Source: a virus (Duplodnaviria; Caudoviricetes). From it: 53,593 nt of DNA. The stretch lies in the IMG/VR virus record IMGVR_UViG_3300006802_015709, positions 1-53,593 of that record; one strand, given 5' to 3'. Below the pieces are notes generated by a model. The model searched no databases. It was not told where the DNA came from and saw nothing but the letters and a program-made list of their open reading frames with translations. Positions 45,011 through 53,593 of this stretch are shown here, one piece after another (the stretch's first letter is position 1; every line of letters begins with the position of its first letter). Made by a program: the position numbers and the translations under genes.

Positions 45011-45499
45011 ATGGATATGAATGATTTAGGAACATTGATTGTTCAATATAATGAAGATGATAGAGCTCAACGATGTTTAGATATATTTAGTGAGTTACCT
45101 GGCCAGGTGAACTTATCATATGTAAATAGTACAGAACATATTGTAGCGTGGCATAAACACGAGAAACAAACTGATTATTGGTTTTGTGTTAAAGGTTCGT
45201 TTAAAGTTGGTATAGCTTATGAAGAATATGCTATTTCATTTGATGGTGACATGATTGATGCTACCGGTAATGTAGTACGAAAGGGTGATGCAGAAAAACA
45301 ATGGGTAGTGGAATGGTACTACTTATCAGATAAAAATCAAGAAGTTTTAAAAATACCACCTGGTGCATACCACGGGTATAAAGCATTAGAACCAAATTCT
45401 ATATTAATGTATGGGTTGACACACAAATATGACCCTAATGATGAATTTAAAGTAAAACCTGGTCATTTTAATGAAAATTGGAAAACAGAGGATAAATGA
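45011..45499 (+). CDS. RmlC-like NDP-sugar epimerase (cupin)
   Basis: AWHKH.KQ.D, IPPG.YHGYKAL, YDP.DE. Confidence 0.8.
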   Translation: MDMNDLGTLIVQYNEDDRAQRCLDIFSELPGQVNLSYVNSTEHIVAWHKHEKQTDYWFCVKGSFKVGIAYEEYAISFDGDMIDATGNVVRKGDAEKQWVVEWYYLSDKNQEVLKIPPGAYHGYKALEPNSILMYGLTHKYDPNDEFKVKPGHFNENWKTEDK

Positions 45500-45909
45500 A
45501 AAAAACTAGTCTGAATGATGTAATGTGTTTCAAAATGAAACAATTAATCGAAGATAACGGGATTCTTATGCCGGTTGAATTAAATAAAGAAATTCCATTT
45601 AATGTAAAAAGAACATTTTTTGTTACAGACGTACCTGACCATAATCCCAGAGGAATGCATTCACATTTCAAAACAAAACAACTAATTATATGTTTAAAGG
45701 GTGAAATTGAAGTAAAATTACACGATGGTATCCTTGAAAAACAATATGTTATGAAACAAGGTGATGCAATATATATTCCGAATATGATATGGGATGAACA
45801 GATATATAAAACAAAAGATACAATATTAATTTCTTTATGTAATACTCACTATAATATGGAGGATTACATTCACGATTTCGATATTTTTTTAAATTTAAAA
45901 AATGGATAA
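45496..45909 (+). CDS. FdtA/QdtA-like NDP-sugar 3,4-ketoisomerase
   Basis: IPF.VKR.F, RG.HSH....Q..ICLKG, Y..EDYI. Confidence 0.88.
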   Translation: MKKTSLNDVMCFKMKQLIEDNGILMPVELNKEIPFNVKRTFFVTDVPDHNPRGMHSHFKTKQLIICLKGEIEVKLHDGILEKQYVMKQGDAIYIPNMIWDEQIYKTKDTILISLCNTHYNMEDYIHDFDIFLNLKNG

Positions 45910-46819
45910 TATATTAATTACAGGTGTATGTGGCCATATTGGTTCACATTTATATAAAATGATAGGTAATTACATTGATTGTAATGTAATTGGTGTTGAT
46001 AATATGATGACACAACGTTATTGTTCATTATTTGATAATTCTACTATAAATTTCAAATTTATTGAAGATGATTTTATGAATATTGACATTCCCGAAAATA
46101 GTATCGTTATACATTTGGCCGCAATAACAAATGCGGCAGGCACAATGTTAAACACTACTGAATTGGAAAATGTAAATATTGAAAAAACAAAACAATTTAT
46201 TGACAAGTGTATAGACTCCAACGTTAAAAAATTTATATTCCCATCATCTACTAGTATATACGGTGTGGCAGCTGATATTGTAGACGAGGATAATGTGTTA
46301 TTTGAAAATCCACAAAGTCCTTATGCCGAATCAAAACTAATAATTGAAAGGTACTTAGAATCGAAATCCGAACATTTGGACTATTTGATTTTTAGGTTTG
46401 GTACAATATATGGCTTTACTAAAGGTACACGGTTTCATACAGCAATTAATAAATTCTGTTGGCAAGCTTCTATTAATCAACCTATAACAGTATGGGAACA
46501 AAATTACGAACAAGTTAGACCTTATTTATGGATTTCTGATGCATGTCATTCTATTGTACACGCTATAACAAATAATATAACTAGTAGAACGAAATACAAC
46601 ATTTTAAGTGGAAACCATAAATTAAGTGAAATTGTGAATATAATCAAACAAAAAGTTCCTAATTTATCAATTAAGATGGTGGATACACCTTTATTAAACC
46701 AATACACATATAATGTCAGTGATAAAAAAATAAAAGAAACTGGTTTTGTACCAAATGGTGCATTAGAGATTAGTATATCACATACATTACACAATCTAAA
46801 AAATTTATATAATGTATAA
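45902..46819 (+). CDS. NAD-dependent epimerase/dehydratase/reductase (extended SDR)
   Basis: ITG..GHIGS, HLAA, YAESK, RFGTIYG. Confidence 0.88.
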   Translation: MDNILITGVCGHIGSHLYKMIGNYIDCNVIGVDNMMTQRYCSLFDNSTINFKFIEDDFMNIDIPENSIVIHLAAITNAAGTMLNTTELENVNIEKTKQFIDKCIDSNVKKFIFPSSTSIYGVAADIVDEDNVLFENPQSPYAESKLIIERYLESKSEHLDYLIFRFGTIYGFTKGTRFHTAINKFCWQASINQPITVWEQNYEQVRPYLWISDACHSIVHAITNNITSRTKYNILSGNHKLSEIVNIIKQKVPNLSIKMVDTPLLNQYTYNVSDKKIKETGFVPNGALEISISHTLHNLKNLYNV

Positions 46820-47450
46820 CTTGGTTTTATATGGTGGAACTGGTCAAGCTAAAGTAATACACAGTATATTACCGAATGATGTCAAAGTAATTGCTATAAT
46901 AGATGATACTCCAAATTTACCTAGTCCGATACAAGACGTTCCTATTTTTTGTGGACTTGATAATTTTATAAATTTTTACAAAACACTACAAGAAAAGTGT
47001 TATTTTTTGGTAACTATAGGTAATCCTTACGGTAAAGCAAGACAAGAAATATCAAATGCATTAATTGAACTAGGTTTAGTGTCATATAGTTGTATATCAG
47101 AAAAAAGTGTTGTATATTCAACCAATATAGGAAATGGAATTCAAATACATCCGGGTTCTATTATTATGACGAATGTTACTATTGGTGATTACTGTATATT
47201 AAATACACTTTCTTTAGTAGAACACGATTGTATTTTAGAAAACGGTGTAGAAATAGGTCCAAGTGCAACTGTAGCTGGTGAAGTTTATATTGAAGAAAAT
47301 ACTTGGATTGGTGCAGGAGCAGTTATATTGGATAAATTGCATATTGGAAAAAATGTTATTGTAGGTGCAGGAGCAGTTGTTACTAAAGACATTCCCGACT
47401 CAGTTGTTGTAGTTGGAAACCCTGCTAAAATTTTAAAAGAAAATAAATAA
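46812..47450 (+). CDS. PglD/NeuD/PerB-like sugar acetyltransferase
   Basis: YGG.GQA, hexapeptide repeats, EHDC, VGAGAVVTKD...VVGNPAK. Confidence 0.9.
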   Translation: MYNLVLYGGTGQAKVIHSILPNDVKVIAIIDDTPNLPSPIQDVPIFCGLDNFINFYKTLQEKCYFLVTIGNPYGKARQEISNALIELGLVSYSCISEKSVVYSTNIGNGIQIHPGSIIMTNVTIGDYCILNTLSLVEHDCILENGVEIGPSATVAGEVYIEENTWIGAGAVILDKLHIGKNVIVGAGAVVTKDIPDSVVVVGNPAKILKENK

Positions 47451-47452
47451 AG

Positions 47453-48571
47453 ATGAATAAAATTTATATGGCTGGAGCATCTGTTGGTGAGTTAGAAATT
47501 AAGTACGTAACAGACGCTTTGAAAAATGGTTGGTATGAGGATAAATACTATTATGTTGAAAAACTTGAGGCCTTGTTTGCAAAATATCATACCAGAAAAT
47601 ATGCATTAATGACTCCTAATTGTACAACAGCAATACATTTATTATTGGCTGGATTAGGTATTGGCCCAGGTGACGAAGTGATAGTACCGGAATGTACGTG
47701 GATAGCCACATCAGTTTCGACTGTACATTTAGGTGCTAAGTTAGTATTATGTGATATTGAAAAGGATAGCTGGTGTATAGACCCAAACTCTATTCGTAAA
47801 TCAATTACACCAAACACAAAGGCTATAATAGCAGTTGATTTGTTTGGTAATATGGCAAATTGGGAAGAACTATATAAAATATCAGAAGAATATAATATAC
47901 CATTAATTGAAGATGCGGCAGAAGCATTAGGGTCTACGTTGAATGGAAAAAGGGCTGGAAGTTTTGGTATAGGTTCTGTTTTTAGTTTTCACAATACAAA
48001 AACTATGACAACTGGCGAAGGTGGCATGTTATTGATAGATGACGATATTTTATTTGAAAAATGTGTTAAATTACGTGACCTAGGTAGAGGACCTGATACT
48101 AAACCTTATTTCAATGAAATTATAGGTTTTAAATTTATGCCATTTAATATACAAGCAGCTTTAGGATTAGCTCAATTTGAACGATTGGATGAATTGGTTG
48201 CTATTAAAAGAAAACATTTTGAATATTATAAAACTCAATTAAAGGATTATGATGTTACATTTAATTTTGAACCAACTGGTGTTTACAATAGTGCTTGGAT
48301 AACTTCAATGGTGTTAGGTGAATCATATAAAATGAATAAACATATATTTATTAAAAAGTTAGAAGAATTGGGAGTACCAATCAGACCATTCTTTTATCCA
48401 TTATCCAATATCCCAGCATATAATAACCAATTTAAAGAAAATTATTTAAAAAACAAAAATAGTTACAACATTTCAAATCGGGGAGTAAATTTACCCGGAG
48501 CAGCAAATTTAACGATTGATAATTTAGAATTTATTTGTAATAATATAAAAAAGGTTTTAGACAATGTATAA
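47453..48571 (+). CDS. DegT-family aminotransferase (perosamine synthase-like)
   Basis: GPGDEVIVP, IEDAAEA, FSFH.TK..TTGEGGM. Confidence 0.92.
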   Translation: MNKIYMAGASVGELEIKYVTDALKNGWYEDKYYYVEKLEALFAKYHTRKYALMTPNCTTAIHLLLAGLGIGPGDEVIVPECTWIATSVSTVHLGAKLVLCDIEKDSWCIDPNSIRKSITPNTKAIIAVDLFGNMANWEELYKISEEYNIPLIEDAAEALGSTLNGKRAGSFGIGSVFSFHNTKTMTTGEGGMLLIDDDILFEKCVKLRDLGRGPDTKPYFNEIIGFKFMPFNIQAALGLAQFERLDELVAIKRKHFEYYKTQLKDYDVTFNFEPTGVYNSAWITSMVLGESYKMNKHIFIKKLEELGVPIRPFFYPLSNIPAYNNQFKENYLKNKNSYNISNRGVNLPGAANLTIDNLEFICNNIKKVLDNV

Positions 48572-49496
48572 TTTATTTCATATACCAAACCACACAATTG
48601 ATACGTCAAAATATACACATTATTTACACGGTAAAAATGTTGCTGATTTTGAACAAAGGTTTGCTGATTATGTAGGAGCAAAATATGCCGTGGGTGTAAA
48701 TAGTGCTACTACTGCTATATTTCTGATATTTAAAAAATATCAAAATTTAGTTGTTGATGTACCATCGATGATACCACCCGTAGTATTAAATGCAATATTG
48801 ACATCTGATAATAAAGTAAACTTTGTGGATAACACTCAATGGATAGGTGGCGCATATCTATTACATGATTTTGGAGATTATAAATTATATGATTCAGCCC
48901 AGCAAGTAGATAAAAATCAATTTAAAAATATGGCTTCTGATAATGACTTGATGTTTTTTAGTTTTTATCCAACAAAACCAGTTGGTAGTTCCGATGGTGG
49001 TATTATTGTTAGTAACGATAAAGATAAAATTGAGTGGTTACGAACTTTGGCTTATAATGGTATGTCAATGGAACAAAATAATTGGGAAAGACAGATTATT
49101 GTTCCGGGATATAAAATGTATTTAAGTAGTATTCAAGCTGACCTAGCTAACCGAAATCTAGATTTGCTGGAAGAAAAACAAAACAGACTTGGTGACATAA
49201 GAAGGATGTATAACGATGCATTTAATCTTAATAATACTAGTAATCACTTGTATAGGATATTGGTAAATAATAGGGACACTTTTATACAAAATATGAAACA
49301 ACATAATATCATATGTGGAATACATTACCAAACTATGCACAATAATAATGTATATACGAATGGTAAATTTTTTAATTGCCCACTATCAGATGATATAACA
49401 CTGAAAACAGTAAGTATTCCATTTAATGAAACATTGACAAATGAAGATGTGGAATATATAATTAAATGTGTAAATAAATTTGGTTTTATTAAATAA
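48564..49496 (+). CDS. Second, shortened DegT-family aminotransferase
   Basis: FE..FA.YVG...AV.VNSAT, DSA, FSFYPTK.VG..DGG, GIHY. Confidence 0.85.
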   Translation: MYNLFHIPNHTIDTSKYTHYLHGKNVADFEQRFADYVGAKYAVGVNSATTAIFLIFKKYQNLVVDVPSMIPPVVLNAILTSDNKVNFVDNTQWIGGAYLLHDFGDYKLYDSAQQVDKNQFKNMASDNDLMFFSFYPTKPVGSSDGGIIVSNDKDKIEWLRTLAYNGMSMEQNNWERQIIVPGYKMYLSSIQADLANRNLDLLEEKQNRLGDIRRMYNDAFNLNNTSNHLYRILVNNRDTFIQNMKQHNIICGIHYQTMHNNNVYTNGKFFNCPLSDDITLKTVSIPFNETLTNEDVEYIIKCVNKFGFIK

Positions 49497-49513
49497 AATA
49501 TGTATATTGTGTT

Positions 49514-50104
49514 ATGGGTTATAGAAAAATAGAAAACAATTTACGTAGACATCAATGGAGTGGATATCCTCAAGATTTCCTAGAGTTCATTTATAATGAG
49601 GTTATACATAACAAGCCTAAGAGAATTTTAGAATTCGGTACAGGATTTGGATTTGTGACAACTGCATTGGGATTAGGCGTACTTGATAATGGGGTAGGTA
49701 CTATAGATAGTTATGATTCATATTCACCTAATCGTATTTGGAAGATACCAAATAATGTATCATTGGTATATAATCACCTCAACAACTATGGACTAACGGA
49801 CATTGTAAATTTACATGAAATTGATGATATATTTAGTTGGTTTGATACACCTAAAGAATTTGATATGGCATTCATTGATATTGACAATGATGGGGATAAA
49901 CTGAATAAAGTGTTCAATTCGGATTTTTTTAAGAATCAGATAAATAATGGTGCAAACGTATATTTTTGTGGTGGTTCATCAGAACGAGATAAAATAAATA
50001 TACAACGGGGGGAAACTCCTATTACCAATGTTGATTGTAATATTGAATGTGTATTTGGTAAAACACAAAAAAATTGTATTTCAAAGGTTATTGGATATGA
50101 ATAA
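49514..50104 (+). CDS. Class I SAM-dependent methyltransferase
   Basis: ILEFGTGFG, FD.AFIDID. Confidence 0.75.
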   Translation: MGYRKIENNLRRHQWSGYPQDFLEFIYNEVIHNKPKRILEFGTGFGFVTTALGLGVLDNGVGTIDSYDSYSPNRIWKIPNNVSLVYNHLNNYGLTDIVNLHEIDDIFSWFDTPKEFDMAFIDIDNDGDKLNKVFNSDFFKNQINNGANVYFCGGSSERDKINIQRGETPITNVDCNIECVFGKTQKNCISKVIGYE

Positions 50105-50966
50105 GAAACTTGCAGTTATCATACTAGGCTGGCATTATCCGGAGTATTTTTACAAACAATTAGTTGAGCAAAAAATACCTGAAGGTTGGGTAATTGATTT
50201 TTTTTGTGTATCTCATAGAGACCCATCTGATGCAAAAGATGAGAAGGTAATTGATAACAATACTAACAATATATTTGATAAATTGGATTCTCATTTTTAT
50301 AAAAAAATAACAACTAAAGTCGCATTAGAATCATTAGGATGGAATTACCTAGTTAAACCTAATGTATATGGTGATTGGTCACAATTTAATCAATGGACAG
50401 AAGATTATGATTATAAAGAATACGATGTGTTTTTAATTTCCGGTGATGATAATTTATTTATAACGGATACATTATTTACAGACATACTAAATTCTGATAT
50501 GGATACTATAATTGATAACGGAAAAGTAGGAAAAACACATACGTCTAAAATAGTTCCGTATAATTATGATGATTGGTGGGTAATATCTAATTCTGTACAT
50601 CATGGACGAGGAGTACTTCGAGGTTCTATGGAATTTTTTAAACGAGAAATGTTTGATGTGTTAGGAGGAACATTTGATTTAAACACAACAGATGTACGTA
50701 TCGATTCTACATCGTCTCCTAGTAAGTATAGTTCATTAGATCAGATAGGATGGAATAAACAAGTGTATCCTTTTATGATTACATTAGAAAAACTTAACTT
50801 ATATGATAAAGTTAGATTCTTATCACCGAATTATAGAGTAAGTAATTATTGTATAGAAGGTGAACGGGGTATGTTTAAAAACAATAATTGTTTACCGTAT
50901 AAGAATTTTTATTACAACGGAGTATTGGAATTATTACAAACAAAAAAATTAGATAAATTTATATGA
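50097..50966 (+). CDS. Putative GT-A glycosyltransferase
   Basis: LAVIILGWH, FLISGDDN, RGS.EFF; start reassigned to ATG 50097. Confidence 0.5.
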   Translation: MNKKLAVIILGWHYPEYFYKQLVEQKIPEGWVIDFFCVSHRDPSDAKDEKVIDNNTNNIFDKLDSHFYKKITTKVALESLGWNYLVKPNVYGDWSQFNQWTEDYDYKEYDVFLISGDDNLFITDTLFTDILNSDMDTIIDNGKVGKTHTSKIVPYNYDDWWVISNSVHHGRGVLRGSMEFFKREMFDVLGGTFDLNTTDVRIDSTSSPSKYSSLDQIGWNKQVYPFMITLEKLNLYDKVRFLSPNYRVSNYCIEGERGMFKNNNCLPYKNFYYNGVLELLQTKKLDKFI

Positions 50967-51709
50967 AAAAAAATATTTTATTTTTTACCGCATTAAAAGC
51001 AAACGATCCTAATATGCACTCATATCAAGAATGGTCTCTAAAAACATGGAAATGGTATGCACAAAAGCATGATATGGAGCTGTTTATATTAAATGAGCCA
51101 TTGTATGATACAGAATGGATGAGGCCGACCTGGCAGCGCTGGTATGTATATGATTTACTTGAAGCAAATGGGATTGAATATAATCAAGTAGCTTTAATAG
51201 ATATTGATACTATGGTAAGATGGGATTGTCCTGATATATTTGAATTAGCTGGCGATTCGTATGCCGGAGTAATCGATGATTTTAGTCTAGAATGGACAAA
51301 TAATAGTATATGGGGATACCAAAAGTTCTTTCCAGAAGTTGTTTTAGAATGGACAAACTATATTAATAATGGGATGTTAGTATTGCCTACTAATGGTAAG
51401 GAATTCTGTGATAAAGTAAAAAAATTCTATATGGATAATGTCGACGAATTACGACAAATGCAACACCATACTCTAAAAAAGGGAACAGACCAAACACCAA
51501 TAAACTTTTTAGCTAGAGAATTTTTTGGCGATTCTATAAATTATCTCCCAAAGAAGTTTAATATGACGCATTTACATGCGACTCATGCACTAATAGATAA
51601 CATTTATATTAAATGTGGATACATATGGCATTTCAATGGATTACCTAGAGAACACCGAAATGGATTAATGATGCAAACATGGGATTTAATTAAACAAAAT
51701 TATATTTAA
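50963..51709 (+). CDS. GT8/GT34-like glycosyltransferase
   Basis: LIDIDT, YINNG, TDQTPIN, WHFNG. Confidence 0.75.
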   Translation: MKKNILFFTALKANDPNMHSYQEWSLKTWKWYAQKHDMELFILNEPLYDTEWMRPTWQRWYVYDLLEANGIEYNQVALIDIDTMVRWDCPDIFELAGDSYAGVIDDFSLEWTNNSIWGYQKFFPEVVLEWTNYINNGMLVLPTNGKEFCDKVKKFYMDNVDELRQMQHHTLKKGTDQTPINFLAREFFGDSINYLPKKFNMTHLHATHALIDNIYIKCGYIWHFNGLPREHRNGLMMQTWDLIKQNYI

Positions 51710-51713
51710 AATT

Positions 51714-52373
51714 ATGGATTTAAAAGAATATCAAAAATTAGGTGAAAAAATTCACAATAGTGGGATTTTTGTGGGATGTAATATAAAAGAATTTGCACGA
51801 ATATCCCAACTCCCCCTCGAAATAGCAAAACAAAATGACCTTACCCCTGAAAGTAAAGTTTTGGACTTAGGATGTGGCTGTTGTAGAACTGGGTATTGGT
51901 TCATGGAATTCCTAAATCCTGGAAATTACTATGGTATTGAACCTAATAAAGAAATGTTAAATGCTGGGAAAGAATTTCTTTTCCCTAACTTAATAGATAA
52001 AAAATCCCCTACATTTGATAATAATGACCAATTTGACTTAAATATATTTAATACTCAATTTGATATGATAATAGCATTTTCAATTTGGTCACATGCTTCC
52101 AAACAACAAATTGAAAAAGTATTAAAACAGTTATCTGAAATGAGTAATAAATGTTCTTTTATAGGAACAGTTGTAATTACTAAGGACCCCAAACAAGAAT
52201 ATAATGGAGAAGAATGGGTTGGGAAAAGTCATAAAAGTAAAGATAGAGGTATAGTAAAATACACCCCCCAATATCTGCAATCTATTTGTGATAAATTTAA
52301 TTGCACCTTAGAATATTTAAACCACCCCCAAACAGATCACCAAACCTGGATAAAAATTACAAATAATGAATAA
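51714..52373 (+). CDS. Class I SAM-dependent methyltransferase
   Basis: VLDLGCG..R.G, FD.IIAFSIWSH. Confidence 0.85.
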   Translation: MDLKEYQKLGEKIHNSGIFVGCNIKEFARISQLPLEIAKQNDLTPESKVLDLGCGCCRTGYWFMEFLNPGNYYGIEPNKEMLNAGKEFLFPNLIDKKSPTFDNNDQFDLNIFNTQFDMIIAFSIWSHASKQQIEKVLKQLSEMSNKCSFIGTVVITKDPKQEYNGEEWVGKSHKSKDRGIVKYTPQYLQSICDKFNCTLEYLNHPQTDHQTWIKITNNE

Positions 52374-52962
52374 TAAACTATTAGAGCAAATACCTGATAA
52401 ACAACTAGAGTGGAAAGATACTACAAGTCGTTTGTGGAAGAAAGATATGTATGAGTTTTTTAAGGATAAAGATGTAAAAAAATGTCTTGAAATAGGAACA
52501 AATCATGGCTGGACTGCTTTGTGGTGTTCTGAAATGTTTGATGAAGTTTATACAATTGAATATGATCCTGGGAGATTTCAATCTGCACAAAAACATTGTG
52601 CAGGGAGAGACAATATTAATTTCATAAATGGTGATGCTTATAATGATGCTACTTACCTTAATATCCCAATTGATATAGATGTTGTAGTAATTGATTGTAT
52701 TCATACATTTGAGGCAGTTATTATGGATATTAATAGAGCACTTAAATATTATAAAGAAGGTAAAAAAGTTTACCTAGTATTTGATGATTATGGTCACCCC
52801 CAATCTACCGGAGTATACCAGGCAATTCATCAAGCAATAGACCAAGGATTAACAATAGAAGAATATATAGGCCAACCAGCTGGATATGTTGTTCAAAGAC
52901 CAAATAATACTCAATTTCAATTAATTCATCAAGAAGGTATAATTTTAAGTTATGGAATCTAA
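52366..52962 (+). CDS. Class I SAM-dependent methyltransferase (Methyltransf_24-like)
   Basis: LEIGT..G, VIDC.H, VFDDYG. Confidence 0.85.
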   Translation: MNNKLLEQIPDKQLEWKDTTSRLWKKDMYEFFKDKDVKKCLEIGTNHGWTALWCSEMFDEVYTIEYDPGRFQSAQKHCAGRDNINFINGDAYNDATYLNIPIDIDVVVIDCIHTFEAVIMDINRALKYYKEGKKVYLVFDDYGHPQSTGVYQAIHQAIDQGLTIEEYIGQPAGYVVQRPNNTQFQLIHQEGIILSYGI

Positions 52963-53593
52963 AACTAAATTTGCAATAGGATGCCTAGTCCAATGGTATG
53001 AAGTAGATATCATTGGAGAATACGTAGAAACACTTAAAGAAGCTATTGAACACTATGACGGTGAAGTGTTTGTTGATTTCTGTATAACAGATTCCGAGAC
53101 ATTAGAGAAGTGTGTATCCAAAGAAAAATTAGATGAACTTGTAATGGAAGTTGCTCGTAAAACTAATATAGGAGTTGGATATAAAGTTACACGATTTACT
53201 GAAGGTGGATTGACAACAATAGCGGATTACAGACGTGAATTCAACGACAAATATTGTGAGTTAGTCGACGTTTTGGTTTGGGGTGAAAGTGATATGTTAG
53301 TACCAAAGCAAGCATTTGTAATACTAGATCAGATTCATCAAATGTCCTTGCAACGAAATGCTCCTAAATATCTAGCTACATTTGGTATTTGCAAGATGTG
53401 GGATGATACATGGAAGTCTCTAGAACATCCCGATTTTACAGATAAACCATTCATTGAAAATGATTATGATAATTGGTGGTCATTGAAATATACAATGACG
53501 GCAGAGGAAATGAATGATATCAATGACCGTACGGATGAAGTGGACCTAAGGGTATTGCCACAACACAAATTCAACGGTTGTGGATTGGTAATA
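52952..53593 (+). CDS. Partial ORF, probably glycosyltransferase-like, runs off the window
   Basis: MESKTKFAIGCLVQWYE...ADYRREFN...WGESD...; no stop before the end. Confidence 0.6.
   Translation, partial: MESKTKFAIGCLVQWYEVDIIGEYVETLKEAIEHYDGEVFVDFCITDSETLEKCVSKEKLDELVMEVARKTNIGVGYKVTRFTEGGLTTIADYRREFNDKYCELVDVLVWGESDMLVPKQAFVILDQIHQMSLQRNAPKYLATFGICKMWDDTWKSLEHPDFTDKPFIENDYDNWWSLKYTMTAEEMNDINDRTDEVDLRVLPQHKFNGCGLVI

Noticed and set aside
1951-52704. All minus-strand ORFs in the track
   Set aside because: They are antisense shadows of well-supported + strand genes; those at 8591-9694 merely mirror the LRR periodicity.
1-53593. Stop-codon reassignment, and tRNA genes
   Set aside because: TAA, TAG and TGA all terminate full-length conserved genes at high coding density. 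No cloverleaf was recognised in the few intergenic gaps (tRNAscan not run).

Overview
A 53.6-kb segment of a large, AT-rich dsDNA tailed phage with a T4-like (myovirus) replication and baseplate gene set. Essentially all real genes lie on the + strand in standard code 11. Promoter architecture (TTTG-N19/20-TATATT) suggests a Bacteroidota host (inference). Gene order: (1) tail chaperone, tape measure and baseplate genes (1-8.6 kb); (2) an LRR protein, a divergent family A polymerase and probable late/head-packaged proteins; (3) a replication core of SSB, RecA/UvsX, 5'-3' exonuclease, helicase, class II RNR and a free-standing GIY-YIG endonuclease; (4) a 7-deazaguanine DNA-modification locus (queD, queE, folE, dpdA-like TGT; no queC in the window) interleaved with groES, a purine phosphoribosyltransferase, PolB and a frameshifted glycosyltransferase; (5) clamp, clamp loader, dUTPase, a Cas4-like nuclease and thyX; (6) a >16-kb glycosyltransferase and NDP-sugar biosynthesis island that runs off the right end. 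The most interesting signals are the queC-less deazaguanine/glycosyltransferase/PRTase locus, a 23-bp long-range RNA stem with G-U pairs enclosing one small membrane-protein gene, and a hidden +1/-2 frameshift ORF in the tail chaperone. All product calls come from motif recognition by eye; no database searches were run.
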